Positions 29,824-40,631 of a stretch of DNA of 64,000 nucleotides are shown here, in pieces. Origin of the DNA: an uncultured delta proteobacterium (GTDB lineage: Bacteria; Myxococcota_A; Polyangia; Palsa-1104); the NCBI GenBank assembly GCA_963785725.1, contig CAWAWS010000039.1, positions 224,001 to 288,000 on the forward strand, written 5' to 3'. The position numbers were made by a program, and so were the translations under genes. Position 1 is the stretch's first letter. The number at the start of each line of letters is the position of its first letter. A model generated the notes under the pieces. That model did not search any database. It was not told the origin of the DNA and saw only the letters and a list, made by a program, of their open reading frames with translations.

Positions 29824-30144
29824 ATGTTCAGCCTCGTTCGTTTCCTGATTTCACTCATGATGTTCGCTGCCTTCATCTGGTTCGCGGTGACGGTGCCGCT
29901 CGGCAAGCGCACGTTGTGGGGCCACACGCAGGCGATCTTCGGCACGCAAGCCGCCAAAGACTTGGCCGACGGCACGAAGGAAGAGGCGCAGAAAGTGGCC
30001 GAGCGCGTGCGCGAAGGGCTGCATACGCCGGACTTGAGCCCGCCGCCGCGGCCGCGCGTCGTCGAGCCGCTCGATCCCGGCGATGGCCCGAACGACAAAG
30101 CGCGGCGCAAGATCGATCATCCGGTGAAGCAAAAGACGCACTGA
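29824..30144 (+). CDS. Small membrane-anchored hypothetical protein
   Basis: N-terminal TM helix followed by VPLGKRTLWGH; 3 nt after the upstream stop. Confidence 0.75.
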   Translation: MFSLVRFLISLMMFAAFIWFAVTVPLGKRTLWGHTQAIFGTQAAKDLADGTKEEAQKVAERVREGLHTPDLSPPPRPRVVEPLDPGDGPNDKARRKIDHPVKQKTH

Positions 30145-30164
30145 GTGGCGGCTTCGTCGTCGCG

Positions 30165-31571
30165 ATGGCACAATCGACGCGCATGTTTCGCCTGCTGATG
30201 TTGGCGCTCTTGGTCGCGGCGCCCGTCGCTGCCGAAGAGCCTTTGTGGACCGAGGGCTCGGCCAAGTCGGTGGCCAACGCGCCCATCAACTTGCAGGCGT
30301 TCGTGCGTTTGGCGCGAACCTTGGGCCCGGCGGTGGTCAACGTCATCGCCATCAGCTCGCCCGACGGCGCCGCCGCCGAAGATCACACCGGACCGGGCGA
30401 AAAACCGCACGGACACGGTCGCGGCCAGGGCACCGGCTTCGTCGTGCACAAGAGCGGCTACATCCTGACCAACAGCCACGTCGTCGAAGGCGCGGACGAC
30501 ATACGCGTCCGTCTCAGCGACGAGCGCGAGCTGTCGGCGCGGCTCATCGGACGCGACGAGCATACTGACATCGCGCTCCTCAAGATCGAGGCCGGCGCCG
30601 CGCTCGACGTCGCGCCGCTCGGCAACTCCGACGACGTGCAGATCGGCGAGTGGGTCATGGCCATCGGCAACCCGTTCGGCCTCGATCACACGGTCACCGC
30701 CGGAATCATCAGCGCCAAAGGTCGCCGCGACGTGCGTCCGGGCGGCACGCAAACCGGCTACTACGACTTCATCCAGACCGACGCGTCGATCAATCCCGGC
30801 AATTCGGGCGGCCCGCTCATTAATACGCGCGGCGAGGTCATCGGCATCAACACCGCCATGAACGCGCAGGCGCAAGGCATCGGCTTCGCCATTCCCATCA
30901 ACATGGCCAAGGTGATCGCTCCCATGCTGCGCGAGTTTGGCAAGGCGCCACGCAGCTGGATGGGCGTCTATCCGCAGTCGATCACCGTCAATTTGAAGCG
31001 GGCGTTCAACTTGCCCGATCGTCGCGGCGCCTTGGTCAGCGATGTCGTGGCCGATTCGCCGGCGGCGCGCGCCGGGCTGCAGACGGGCGACGTCATCCTC
31101 GACTTCGACGGTCATGCCATCAAGCGCGCCGACGATCTGATGTGGCTCGTGGCGACGACGGCGGCGGGCAAGAAGGTGCCGCTCACCACCTATCGGCGCG
31201 GCACGTCGGCGCACATCGCGGTCACGCTGCAAGCGGCGCCCGAGGAGCCCGATCACGTCTCGCCGGTGCATGCGCCGTCGACGCATAAGTCGCCGCTGGG
31301 CATGACGGTGTCGGAGATTTCGCCCGGCATCGCGCGCGAGCTCGGTCAGGCGCAGCTACGCGGCGTGGTCGTCATGTCGGTCGAGCCCGACAGCCCGGCG
31401 GTCGAAGCCGGCCTCGAGCGCGGCGACATCATCGTGCGCGTCGGTGAGCTGACGATTTTGTCGCTCGACGATTACGCGCGGGCCGTTCGCGGCGCGCCGC
31501 ACGGCGACATGCTGCGGCTGCTCGTCAAGCGCGACGGCAAGAACACCTGGTTCGCCTTCCAAAAGCGCTAA
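30165..31571 (+). CDS. DegP/HtrA-family serine protease with two PDZ domains
   Basis: Signal peptide; GTGF, LTNSHVV, TDIALL, IQTDASINPGNSGGPL; two PDZ domains. Confidence 0.95.
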   Translation: MAQSTRMFRLLMLALLVAAPVAAEEPLWTEGSAKSVANAPINLQAFVRLARTLGPAVVNVIAISSPDGAAAEDHTGPGEKPHGHGRGQGTGFVVHKSGYILTNSHVVEGADDIRVRLSDERELSARLIGRDEHTDIALLKIEAGAALDVAPLGNSDDVQIGEWVMAIGNPFGLDHTVTAGIISAKGRRDVRPGGTQTGYYDFIQTDASINPGNSGGPLINTRGEVIGINTAMNAQAQGIGFAIPINMAKVIAPMLREFGKAPRSWMGVYPQSITVNLKRAFNLPDRRGALVSDVVADSPAARAGLQTGDVILDFDGHAIKRADDLMWLVATTAAGKKVPLTTYRRGTSAHIAVTLQAAPEEPDHVSPVHAPSTHKSPLGMTVSEISPGIARELGQAQLRGVVVMSVEPDSPAVEAGLERGDIIVRVGELTILSLDDYARAVRGAPHGDMLRLLVKRDGKNTWFAFQKR

Positions 31572-31601
31572 AAAAGCCGCGCGCCAAGCAATAATCGATC
31601 T

Positions 31602-31625
31602 CTCCTGACATCAAGCTGTCAGGAG
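31602..31625. promoter_or_regulatory. Perfect palindromic operator upstream of the WYL regulator
   Basis: CTCCTGACA-tcaagc-TGTCAGGAG (9-bp arms, 6-bp spacer). Confidence 0.7.
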
Positions 31626-31670
31626 CCAAACCGTATCACTCCTCCATGAACGAGCGCGTGAGGAGATCAG

Positions 31671-32357
31671 ATGCGGCGAGCAGATCGACTATTTCGTATC
31701 GTGCAGCTGCTGCGTCGTCGGCGAATGACGACGGCGCGGCGACTGGCCGACGACCTCGAGGTGTCCGAGCGGACGGTCTATCGCGACGTGGCCGATCTCA
31801 TCGGCTCGGGCGTACCCATTCGCGGCGAGGCGGGCGTGGGCTACGAGATCGAGCGGAAGTTCAATCTGCCGCCGCTCATGTTCACCGACGACGAGCTGGA
31901 GGCGTTGGTGCTCGGCGTGCGCATCGTCGAGAGCTGGACCGATGCGACGCTGGCGGAGGCGGCGCGCCAAGTCGTGGCCAAGGTCGAGGCGATCTTGCCG
32001 GAGCGGCTGCGTGAGCGGCTGGCGGCGGCGCCGCTGTTCGCGCCTGGCTTTCACGTGCCGCCCGATTCGGCGCGCGAGCTGGGCACGTTGCGGCAGGCGA
32101 TTCGTGAGCGGCGCAAATTGGTGATCGAGTACGTCGATCGAACGGCGACGGAGTCGAACCGGCTGATTCGTCCGCTCGGCCTCTTCTTCTGGGGCACGAC
32201 CTGGACGGTGGCGGCGTGGTGCGAGCTGCGTGACGACTTTCGCGCCTTTCGTCTCGATCGCGTGCAGCGGCTGTGGGTCACCGACGACACGTTCGGCGAC
32301 GAGCGACCGCGCACGCTGCAGGACTTCTTCGTGAACCTGAAGCAGCGCCGAAGCTGA
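31671..32357 (+). CDS. YafY-family HTH + WYL domain transcriptional regulator
   Basis: MRRADRLF..VSERTVYRD..GEAGVGY..LPPLMFT; AWCELRDDFRAFRLDR; AGGAG RBS. Confidence 0.95.
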   Translation: MRRADRLFRIVQLLRRRRMTTARRLADDLEVSERTVYRDVADLIGSGVPIRGEAGVGYEIERKFNLPPLMFTDDELEALVLGVRIVESWTDATLAEAARQVVAKVEAILPERLRERLAAAPLFAPGFHVPPDSARELGTLRQAIRERRKLVIEYVDRTATESNRLIRPLGLFFWGTTWTVAAWCELRDDFRAFRLDRVQRLWVTDDTFGDERPRTLQDFFVNLKQRRS

Positions 32358-32517
32358 CGTCGGGCTCCTGACGACGAGCGCGTTTCGCGGCCGCGAGCGT
32401 TGTAGCTGAACGACCGATTGTGACGACGAGGGCGCGTGACGACTCGCGCCCGGCATGAGCCGTCGGCGCGGTCGAAGTGGAATGGAGGAGGGTGTGATGC
32501 GAACGAAAGCGCGCGGC

Positions 32518-34482
<1,965 letters not shown>

Positions 34483-34520
34483 GTCAGTCGATCCTCACAC
34501 GAAGGGCTAATTAACTGACA

Positions 34521-34550
34521 CTTTTACTCGGTAAAAGCGTGGGTTGTCAA
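34521..34550 (-). promoter_or_regulatory. Sigma-70-type promoter candidate overlapped by a palindrome
   Basis: TTGACA-N18-TAAAAG on the minus strand; CTTTTAC-tcg-GTAAAAG inverted repeat at 34521-34537. Confidence 0.5.
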
Positions 34551-34580
34551 TGAATCGGCCAGTCTTTAGGCTGTCGAGCA

Positions 34581-35483
34581 ATGGGCACAGCTGAGCATTC
34601 TCGCGCGGCGTTGACGACGACGTTCGCACACGCTAGCGCAGCGCCGCTGGGCCCGAGCGCGATCCTCGACATCGTGGAGCGCGCGCAAGCGCACGGGTTG
34701 GTCTTCGATTCCGGCCTGTCGCGCGACGTGATCGACGAGCTGTCGCTCGAGCTCGAGCGACGCGGCGGCAATCATCCGGTCGTGGCGCTCGAGTCGCCGT
34801 GTCCGCGTGTCGCGCACGGAAACGGTCGCGAGCCCGAGCTGTGCGCGCACGATCGCGACGAGGCACAAGCGGCGTTGTCGGCGGCGGAAGCGACGGTGCA
34901 TCGCGCGAGCGAGCTGCGCGCGCCGTTCGTGATCGTGCGGCTCGGCTCGGTGCGGCCGGTGGCGAGCGATTGGGCGGGCGCGCGCGACCGTTTCTTGCGC
35001 GGCGAGCTCGACTACGAGCGGGCGCGGCGGCTCATGCAGACGCGCGACGCGGCGGCCGAGCGTTCCGTCGACGGCGCCATGCGCGCGCTCGATCGGCTGG
35101 CGCGGCGGGCCGAGCGCACGGGCGTGACGCTGCTCGTGCGCAACGGGCGGCGCTATCACGACGTGCCGTCGGCGCGCGAGCTCGACGTCTTGCGCGCCGA
35201 GCTGCGCGGGGCGCCGATCGCGCCGCTGCTCGACGTGCCGGCGGCGCACCTCGTCGACGTCATGGGCTTCGCGCCGCTGGCGTTGACGCTGGCCGCGTTC
35301 GCCCCGGCGCCGCTGTGCTACTTCGGCGACGCCTGCGGCGCCGTGGGCGCGTTGGCGCCGGGCCGCGGCGTCGTCGACCTGAAGGCCGTGCGCGCCGCGC
35401 TCGGCGACGGCGCGCGCGTCGCGTTCAGCCCGTGGGCCGGCCTCTCGGTCGACGAAATCATCGAAGCCGTCCCGCAGATTTGA
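34581..35483 (+). CDS. Sugar-phosphate isomerase/epimerase-like TIM-barrel protein (degenerate)
   Basis: LCAHDRDEAQAAL..TVHRASELRAPFVIVRLG, GVTLLVRN, LLDVPAAH, LAPGRGVVDL; metal ligands appear altered. Confidence 0.7.
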   Translation: MGTAEHSRAALTTTFAHASAAPLGPSAILDIVERAQAHGLVFDSGLSRDVIDELSLELERRGGNHPVVALESPCPRVAHGNGREPELCAHDRDEAQAALSAAEATVHRASELRAPFVIVRLGSVRPVASDWAGARDRFLRGELDYERARRLMQTRDAAAERSVDGAMRALDRLARRAERTGVTLLVRNGRRYHDVPSARELDVLRAELRGAPIAPLLDVPAAHLVDVMGFAPLALTLAAFAPAPLCYFGDACGAVGALAPGRGVVDLKAVRAALGDGARVAFSPWAGLSVDEIIEAVPQI

Positions 35484-35650
35484 CGACCACCCGTTCCCGG
35501 CGACGCAACGAAGCGCGAACGGCCCGCCATGAGGCAGGCGAGGCCGTGCGCGAGATGGAAGCGCAGTGGCTGATTATGACGCCGTGAGCGCCGAGACCGC
35601 CCTCCGAGCGCACGTCGCGAGCGAAAAGCGGGCTCGCCCGAGCTGGTACC

Positions 35651-35910
35651 GCGTGAGCGAAGCCGGGCGTGAGCGAAGCCGGGCGTAGCGAAGCCGGGCG
35701 TAGCGAAGCGGGCGTAGCGAAGCGGGGCGTGAGCGAAGCGGGGCGTAGCGAAGCGGGGCGTAGCGAAGCGGGGCGTAGCGAAGTGGGGCGTGAGCGAAGC
35801 GGGGCGTGGGCGAAGCCGGGCATGGGCGAAGCCGGGCGTGGGCGAAGCCGTATGAGCGAAGGCGAACGTGAGCGAAGCCGACGTGAGCGAAGCCGACGTG
35901 AGCGAAGCCG
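35651..35910. repeat. Intergenic minisatellite, 17 copies of a 14-16-nt unit GCGT(G)AGCGAAGC(C/G)GG
   Basis: Counted directly; lies between convergent genes. Confidence 0.95.
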
Positions 35911-36145
35911 AGATCCGCGCCCGGCACTCTTGTGCGAGCGAAGCCGAGGACCGGCGGCACACGTGGTCAGCGAGCTGAACGAAGCCGAGACCGCGCCAGC
36001 CAAGATGCGCGCCAGGCGCGCGCGAGCGGATCCCAGATCTCACCAGGTGCCCGCCCTGAACGGCCGAACCCGTCCGCACCGGCTAGTTCGCCCGCCAAAC
36101 GCCAGCTCGAATCTAACGCGCCGAGCTGCCGGCGCGCGGCGCCTG

Positions 36146-37933
36146 CTACGGCACTGCGATCGCGTTACGCGAGCAGACGTACTTCAGGAACGACCGCTCC
36201 TGCGGCCCCAGCTTGTTCCACGCCTGCGTCGCGCCCGCCCGGTCCTTCAGGAAGCAGCTCGCCGCGCCAATGATCCGCCACGCCCGCATCGGCTGCGCCT
36301 TCGCCGCCTTCTTCGCCGTCTCGATCGCGTTCGCATACTGCCCGTGCACGTACGCGTCCTGCGCATCCTGCAGCAGCTTCTCGGCCGCCGGGTTCGGCGC
36401 GTTGCTGTCGCCGCTCGACTCGTCCGGCGCCGGCTTCTCGTGCGTCTTCGGCGTCGCCGCTGCCGCCGCCGGGCCCTTCGGCTTCGTCGGCGTCTGCGTC
36501 GGCTTCGTCGCGGGATGCGGCGCCGCCCCGCAGCTCTTCAAGATCTCCTGCGCCTCGACATTGCCTTCGTCGACGGTCAGCGCGGCCTCGACATGCTGCC
36601 GCGCCTCTTCACACTTGCCGCCGCCCTTGGCCTTGCGAGCCGCGTCGAGGTGCGCGCGCAAATACATCTTCTTGACCTGCGCGTAACGCTCGGCACCCTT
36701 CTGCCGATAGACGCTGTCCTCGGCCACTTCGCCGTAGCTGGCGACGGCCGAGTCGTAATCGGGCGGGTTGTCGTCCGCCGCCTTCATGAAGTTGCCGTAG
36801 GCCGTGCGATTCTTGCGCTCGGCCTCGGCCCGCTGCCGCTTGTCGCGCGCCAATTCCTGCGCCGGATCGAGCTTGAGCGCGTCGTCGCACTTGCCGATCG
36901 CGGTCTCCCAATCCTCACTCTTCATCGCCTTGTCGGCTTCGAGCAGCAGCCGCGCCACGGCGCCTTCGGTGTCGCCGCTCGGCTTGACGACGTCGCCCGA
37001 GCCCATCGCGCCGCCGCCCTTTTGCGACAGCTTGATGAGCACGAACGCGCCGCCGGCCAACGCCACGACGACCAGCGCCAACACCGCGAACAATCCTGCG
37101 CGCGACTTGCGTCCGCCCGACACGTCGACGACTTGCGCGTCGCGATCGAACAAGAAGTCTTCGCCCGGCGCCACGAACCGCAGGCGCACGTGGCCGAGAT
37201 CGACATGGTCGCCCTTGCGCAGCTCGACCTTGCCGTACTCTTCGCCGTTGACCCGCACGCCGTTGGCCGACTGCAGATCGACGATGTGATAATGACCGCC
37301 CTCGCGCACGACCTTGGCGTGATGGCGCGAGATCGAGCGGTGGTTCACGACGACGTCATTCTCGTCGGTGCGCCCGATGACGACCGCCGCCTTGTCGAGC
37401 ACGAACTCCTGCCCGGCGAAGTTCGACGACACCACTACGAGCCGCGCCGGCGCTTCCTGCTGCCCCGAGACCGGCGTCGCCGTGTTGATCGGCGTCTGCA
37501 CCGTCGGCGCCATGTCGAGCACGGCCGAAGGCGCCGCGTTGTCCTTCATGAACGGCGTCGTCTTGCCGTCGCCCGCGTCGCTGACCGGCGCGCCCGGCGA
37601 CGTCGTCGCCGACGCCGCCTGCGCCGCGCCCGCGTTCTGCGTCTTGTCGAGCTTGAGCGCGAGCTGGTAGTCGCCGATCTGAATGCGATCGCCCTCGTTG
37701 ACCGGCGCGCGTCCGGCGATGCGATCGCCGTTCACCTTGATGCCGTTGTACGAGGTGAGGTCTTCGATGAAGACGCTGCCGTTTTGTTTCAGCAGCTTGG
37801 CATGTCGCCGCGACACGTTCCGCTCGGTCAAGCGGATGGTGTTGCCCTCTTTACGACCGATCGTGATCTCGTCGCGAATGAGCGGGACGACGGTCGTCTT
37901 ACCTTCGTCGTCCTCTATGATGAGCTTATACAT
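36146..37933 (-). CDS. Double-FHA, single-TM, TPR-like protein
   Basis: IGRKEGN..VSRRHA..SYNG and IGRTDEND..SISRHHA..SANG; one TM helix; helical C-terminus. Confidence 0.9.
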   Translation of the reverse strand: MYKLIIEDDEGKTTVVPLIRDEITIGRKEGNTIRLTERNVSRRHAKLLKQNGSVFIEDLTSYNGIKVNGDRIAGRAPVNEGDRIQIGDYQLALKLDKTQNAGAAQAASATTSPGAPVSDAGDGKTTPFMKDNAAPSAVLDMAPTVQTPINTATPVSGQQEAPARLVVVSSNFAGQEFVLDKAAVVIGRTDENDVVVNHRSISRHHAKVVREGGHYHIVDLQSANGVRVNGEEYGKVELRKGDHVDLGHVRLRFVAPGEDFLFDRDAQVVDVSGGRKSRAGLFAVLALVVVALAGGAFVLIKLSQKGGGAMGSGDVVKPSGDTEGAVARLLLEADKAMKSEDWETAIGKCDDALKLDPAQELARDKRQRAEAERKNRTAYGNFMKAADDNPPDYDSAVASYGEVAEDSVYRQKGAERYAQVKKMYLRAHLDAARKAKGGGKCEEARQHVEAALTVDEGNVEAQEILKSCGAAPHPATKPTQTPTKPKGPAAAAATPKTHEKPAPDESSGDSNAPNPAAEKLLQDAQDAYVHGQYANAIETAKKAAKAQPMRAWRIIGAASCFLKDRAGATQAWNKLGPQERSFLKYVCSRNAIAVP

Positions 37934-37973
37934 GCTCTTTCGCGACGGTCAGGGCTACAAAACGGCGTAAGCC

Positions 37974-38002
37974 AGTTTATTGGGTCGCCAATCGAGGGTC
38001 AA
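37974..38002 (-). promoter_or_regulatory. Sigma-70-type promoter candidate
   Basis: TTGACC-N17-TAAACT, 40 nt upstream of ATG 37933. Confidence 0.6.
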
Positions 38003-38160
38003 GAGATAGAACATCGACTCGGCCACTCCAACGCATCAGTCAACTCGTCCGACAACGACAACAGCAGCAGGACACAGTACCCCAGCTGCGCGACTCGCAC
38101 CACCGAGCCGCGTTGCCACCATTTCAAGTTGTGGGGGAACGGTCAAGTGCCGTTGCGACG

Positions 38161-39579
38161 CTACTGACGCGTGGCTGCGCTTTTCGCTTCCAGCTGCTGC
38201 GTCGAGGTGCCCAATCCGGCCGGTCGCGCGAAGATGTTCCATGCCTTCAGCTGATCGTACGCCGTCTTCAGCTGAAAGTCGTCGCCGATCGTAACGTAGG
38301 GCGACTGGGCGCTCCCTTTTTTGCCCGCCATGATCGTCAGGGCCGCCGGCGCCGCGTCCTGCAGGTTCTTGAGGTGCCCTTGCAGGTCGCGCTCTTTTTG
38401 CTGCGGCTCGTCACCATGCTGCGGCTTCAGATCCGCCAGCTTCACCTGGTCGACGACGATGTCGGGCGTGATGCCGTGCTCCTGAATCGACCGCCCCGAC
38501 GGCGTGTAGTAGCGCGCGATGGTCAGCTTGAGCGCCGAGCCGTCGTCGAGCTCGATGACCGTCTGCACCGAGCCTTTGCCGAACGTCTGCGTGCCCATGA
38601 TCGCCGCCCGCTGATGGTCCTGCAGCGCGCCGGCCACGATCTCCGACGCCGAAGCCGACCCGCCGTTGACCAAAATGACCATCGGGAAGCCGAGCCGCGT
38701 GCCGCGCGAATGGGCCTTTTCCTCGTCGATGATGCGCCCGCCCTTGCCCTCGGTGCGCACGATCAAGCCCTGGTCGATGAACTCGTCGGCGATGCGCACC
38801 GCCTGATCGAGCAGACCGCCCGGGTTGTTGCGCAGGTCGAGCACGAGCCCATGTAGGTGTCCGCCCGGCGACTCCTTCTCGAGCCGATCGAGCGCCGACT
38901 CCATGTCGCGATCCGAGTTCTCGCTGAACTGCTTGAGCTTGACGTAGCCGTAACCCGGCTCCAGCGACCGCGCCGACACGTTGTCGACCTTGATGATTTC
39001 GCGCATCAAATTATAGACGCGCGGCTCCTTCCAGCCCTTCGGTCCGGGCCGCACGACGCTCAGCGACACGGGCGATCCCTTCTTGCCGCGCATCTTCTGG
39101 ACGGCGTCGTCCATCCGCATCGCATGTACGGGCGTGTCGTCGATCTTCACGATCTGGTCGCCCGTCGTCAGCCCAGCTTTGGCCGCCGGCGTGCCTTCCA
39201 TCGCCGACATGACCGTGAGCGCGTTGTCGTGCGCCGAATCCACCGCCGGCCGCATTTCGACCTCGATGCCGACGCCGCCGAACACACCCGCGGTGTCGCT
39301 CTTCATCTCCTTATATTGATCCGGCTTCAAGAAGGAGGTGTGCGGATCGAGCGTCTCCAGCATGCCGCGAATGGCGCCGTAGATGAGCTCGTCCTGATCG
39401 ACATTCTCGACGTAGTTGTTCTCTACGTACGAGAGCACGTGCGTGAAAATGTTCAGCTTGTGGTAAGGGCTGAACTTCTTGGGGAGCGCCATCGCTCCGC
39501 CACCGACGACGGCGATACCGAAGAAGGTGGAAACGACCGAGACGACGATGACGAAGGCGGTGGAGCGCGGCCGGCGCAT
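38161..39579 (-). CDS. ctpA: S41A carboxyl-terminal processing protease
   Basis: LDPHTSF, PDZ domain, LDLRNNPGGLL, SASASEIVAGALQD, TFGKGSVQ and YYTPSGRSIQ; AGGAGG RBS. Confidence 0.95.
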   Translation of the reverse strand: MRRPRSTAFVIVVSVVSTFFGIAVVGGGAMALPKKFSPYHKLNIFTHVLSYVENNYVENVDQDELIYGAIRGMLETLDPHTSFLKPDQYKEMKSDTAGVFGGVGIEVEMRPAVDSAHDNALTVMSAMEGTPAAKAGLTTGDQIVKIDDTPVHAMRMDDAVQKMRGKKGSPVSLSVVRPGPKGWKEPRVYNLMREIIKVDNVSARSLEPGYGYVKLKQFSENSDRDMESALDRLEKESPGGHLHGLVLDLRNNPGGLLDQAVRIADEFIDQGLIVRTEGKGGRIIDEEKAHSRGTRLGFPMVILVNGGSASASEIVAGALQDHQRAAIMGTQTFGKGSVQTVIELDDGSALKLTIARYYTPSGRSIQEHGITPDIVVDQVKLADLKPQHGDEPQQKERDLQGHLKNLQDAAPAALTIMAGKKGSAQSPYVTIGDDFQLKTAYDQLKAWNIFARPAGLGTSTQQLEAKSAATRQ

Positions 39580-39791
39580 GAGTCCTCCTGCATATGGTTT
39601 GCGCATGTCGCGGACCCTCGATGTTAACCCGTAGGCGCGCGCCCGGCAATGACGACATTCGCGCGTTTGCCGCGCGTCGATCGTCGCCGAGCGGGCGCGG
39701 GCGGCGCAGTTTCCCGTCGCTGCGGTCGTCGTTGCGCCGGCGGCCCGGCGCATGTGGTGACGCGTGCCGCTGCCACTTACAGTCGGTCGCG

Positions 39792-40631
39792 CTAACGAGT
39801 GCTGCGCGCGAGCCAGCGCGTCGGATCGATCGGCGTCGCCTGTTGCGCCAGCTCGAAGTAGACGTTGCCTTTGCCCGCGAGCGCGATGACGTCGCCGTCG
39901 CCGACCTCGTCACCGACGGCGCAGCGCAGCTCGCCCAGCTCGGCGGTGACCGTGACGTAGCCGCCGCCATGATCGATGGCGACGCCGCGGCCGAGACCGG
40001 GCACCTCGCCGACGAAGCGCACGCGGCCGGACGCGATAGCGCGCACGAGCTCGCCGGCGTGGCTGCGCATTTCGACGCCGCGCCGCGCCAGCATGAGGCC
40101 GGTTTGCGGATCTTTGTGCGGCCCGAAGCCGGCGACGATCGGCCCCATGACCGGCCGTGGCAGCTGCCCTTGCCGTCGCTGCAAGCTGCTCGGCTCGGCT
40201 ACTTCGGCCAGCGCCACCTGCGCGCCGAAGTCGAGCGCGCGCGCCAACGCCTCTTTGCGCCGCGCCTGCTCGACGTCGAGATCGCGCTCTTCGGCGCGCA
40301 CGGCGGCCAATTCGGCCAAGTCGCGCGCGACGACCCGACCGGCCGCGGCGCGCCGCGCGTCGAGCTGCTCGACGGTGTCGGCGCCGACGACGAGCCGCAC
40401 GTAACCGCCGTTGGCCAGCTTGTACAGCGCGCGCAGCCGCTGCTTCAGCCGCTGGCGACGATCGGCCTGCTGATCTTGCAACGCGCGCTCACGCCGCTCG
40501 AGATCGTGCACCTCGGCTTCGGCGTTGCCGCGATCGGCGTCGACGGCTTCGGGCGGACGACCGCCAAAAGCGGAAGAGGCCGCCGCGCTCGCGACGCCAA
40601 AAAGCAGCAGCGACGACCAAAAGCGCGTCAC
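39792..40631 (-). CDS. envC: EnvC-like murein hydrolase activator (coiled coil + degenerate M23 domain)
   Basis: LPRPVMG..FG..RRGVEM..IDHGGGYVT; zinc ligands absent; position after ftsEX. Confidence 0.8.
   Translation of the reverse strand: MTRFWSSLLLFGVASAAASSAFGGRPPEAVDADRGNAEAEVHDLERRERALQDQQADRRQRLKQRLRALYKLANGGYVRLVVGADTVEQLDARRAAAGRVVARDLAELAAVRAEERDLDVEQARRKEALARALDFGAQVALAEVAEPSSLQRRQGQLPRPVMGPIVAGFGPHKDPQTGLMLARRGVEMRSHAGELVRAIASGRVRFVGEVPGLGRGVAIDHGGGYVTVTAELGELRCAVGDEVGDGDVIALAGKGNVYFELAQQATPIDPTRWLARSTR

Noticed and set aside
28905..30164. N-terminal extensions in the ORF track for DegP (also clpX from 11297, carbonic anhydrase from 20099, hldE from 55921, WbsX from 60327 and 63809)
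   Set aside because: They overlap other real genes or lack homology; downstream starts fit signal peptides, RBS or gene coupling better.
31671..32357. Anti-phage defence island marked by a WYL gene
   Set aside because: The flanks are DegP and an OmpA protein; no defence genes were recognised nearby.
35651..35910. CRISPR array or repeat-protein ORF (35669-38167 +, 35318-36079 -)
   Set aside because: Units are contiguous with no spacers, unit lengths are not all multiples of three, and there are no cas genes; the long ORFs are shadow frames.
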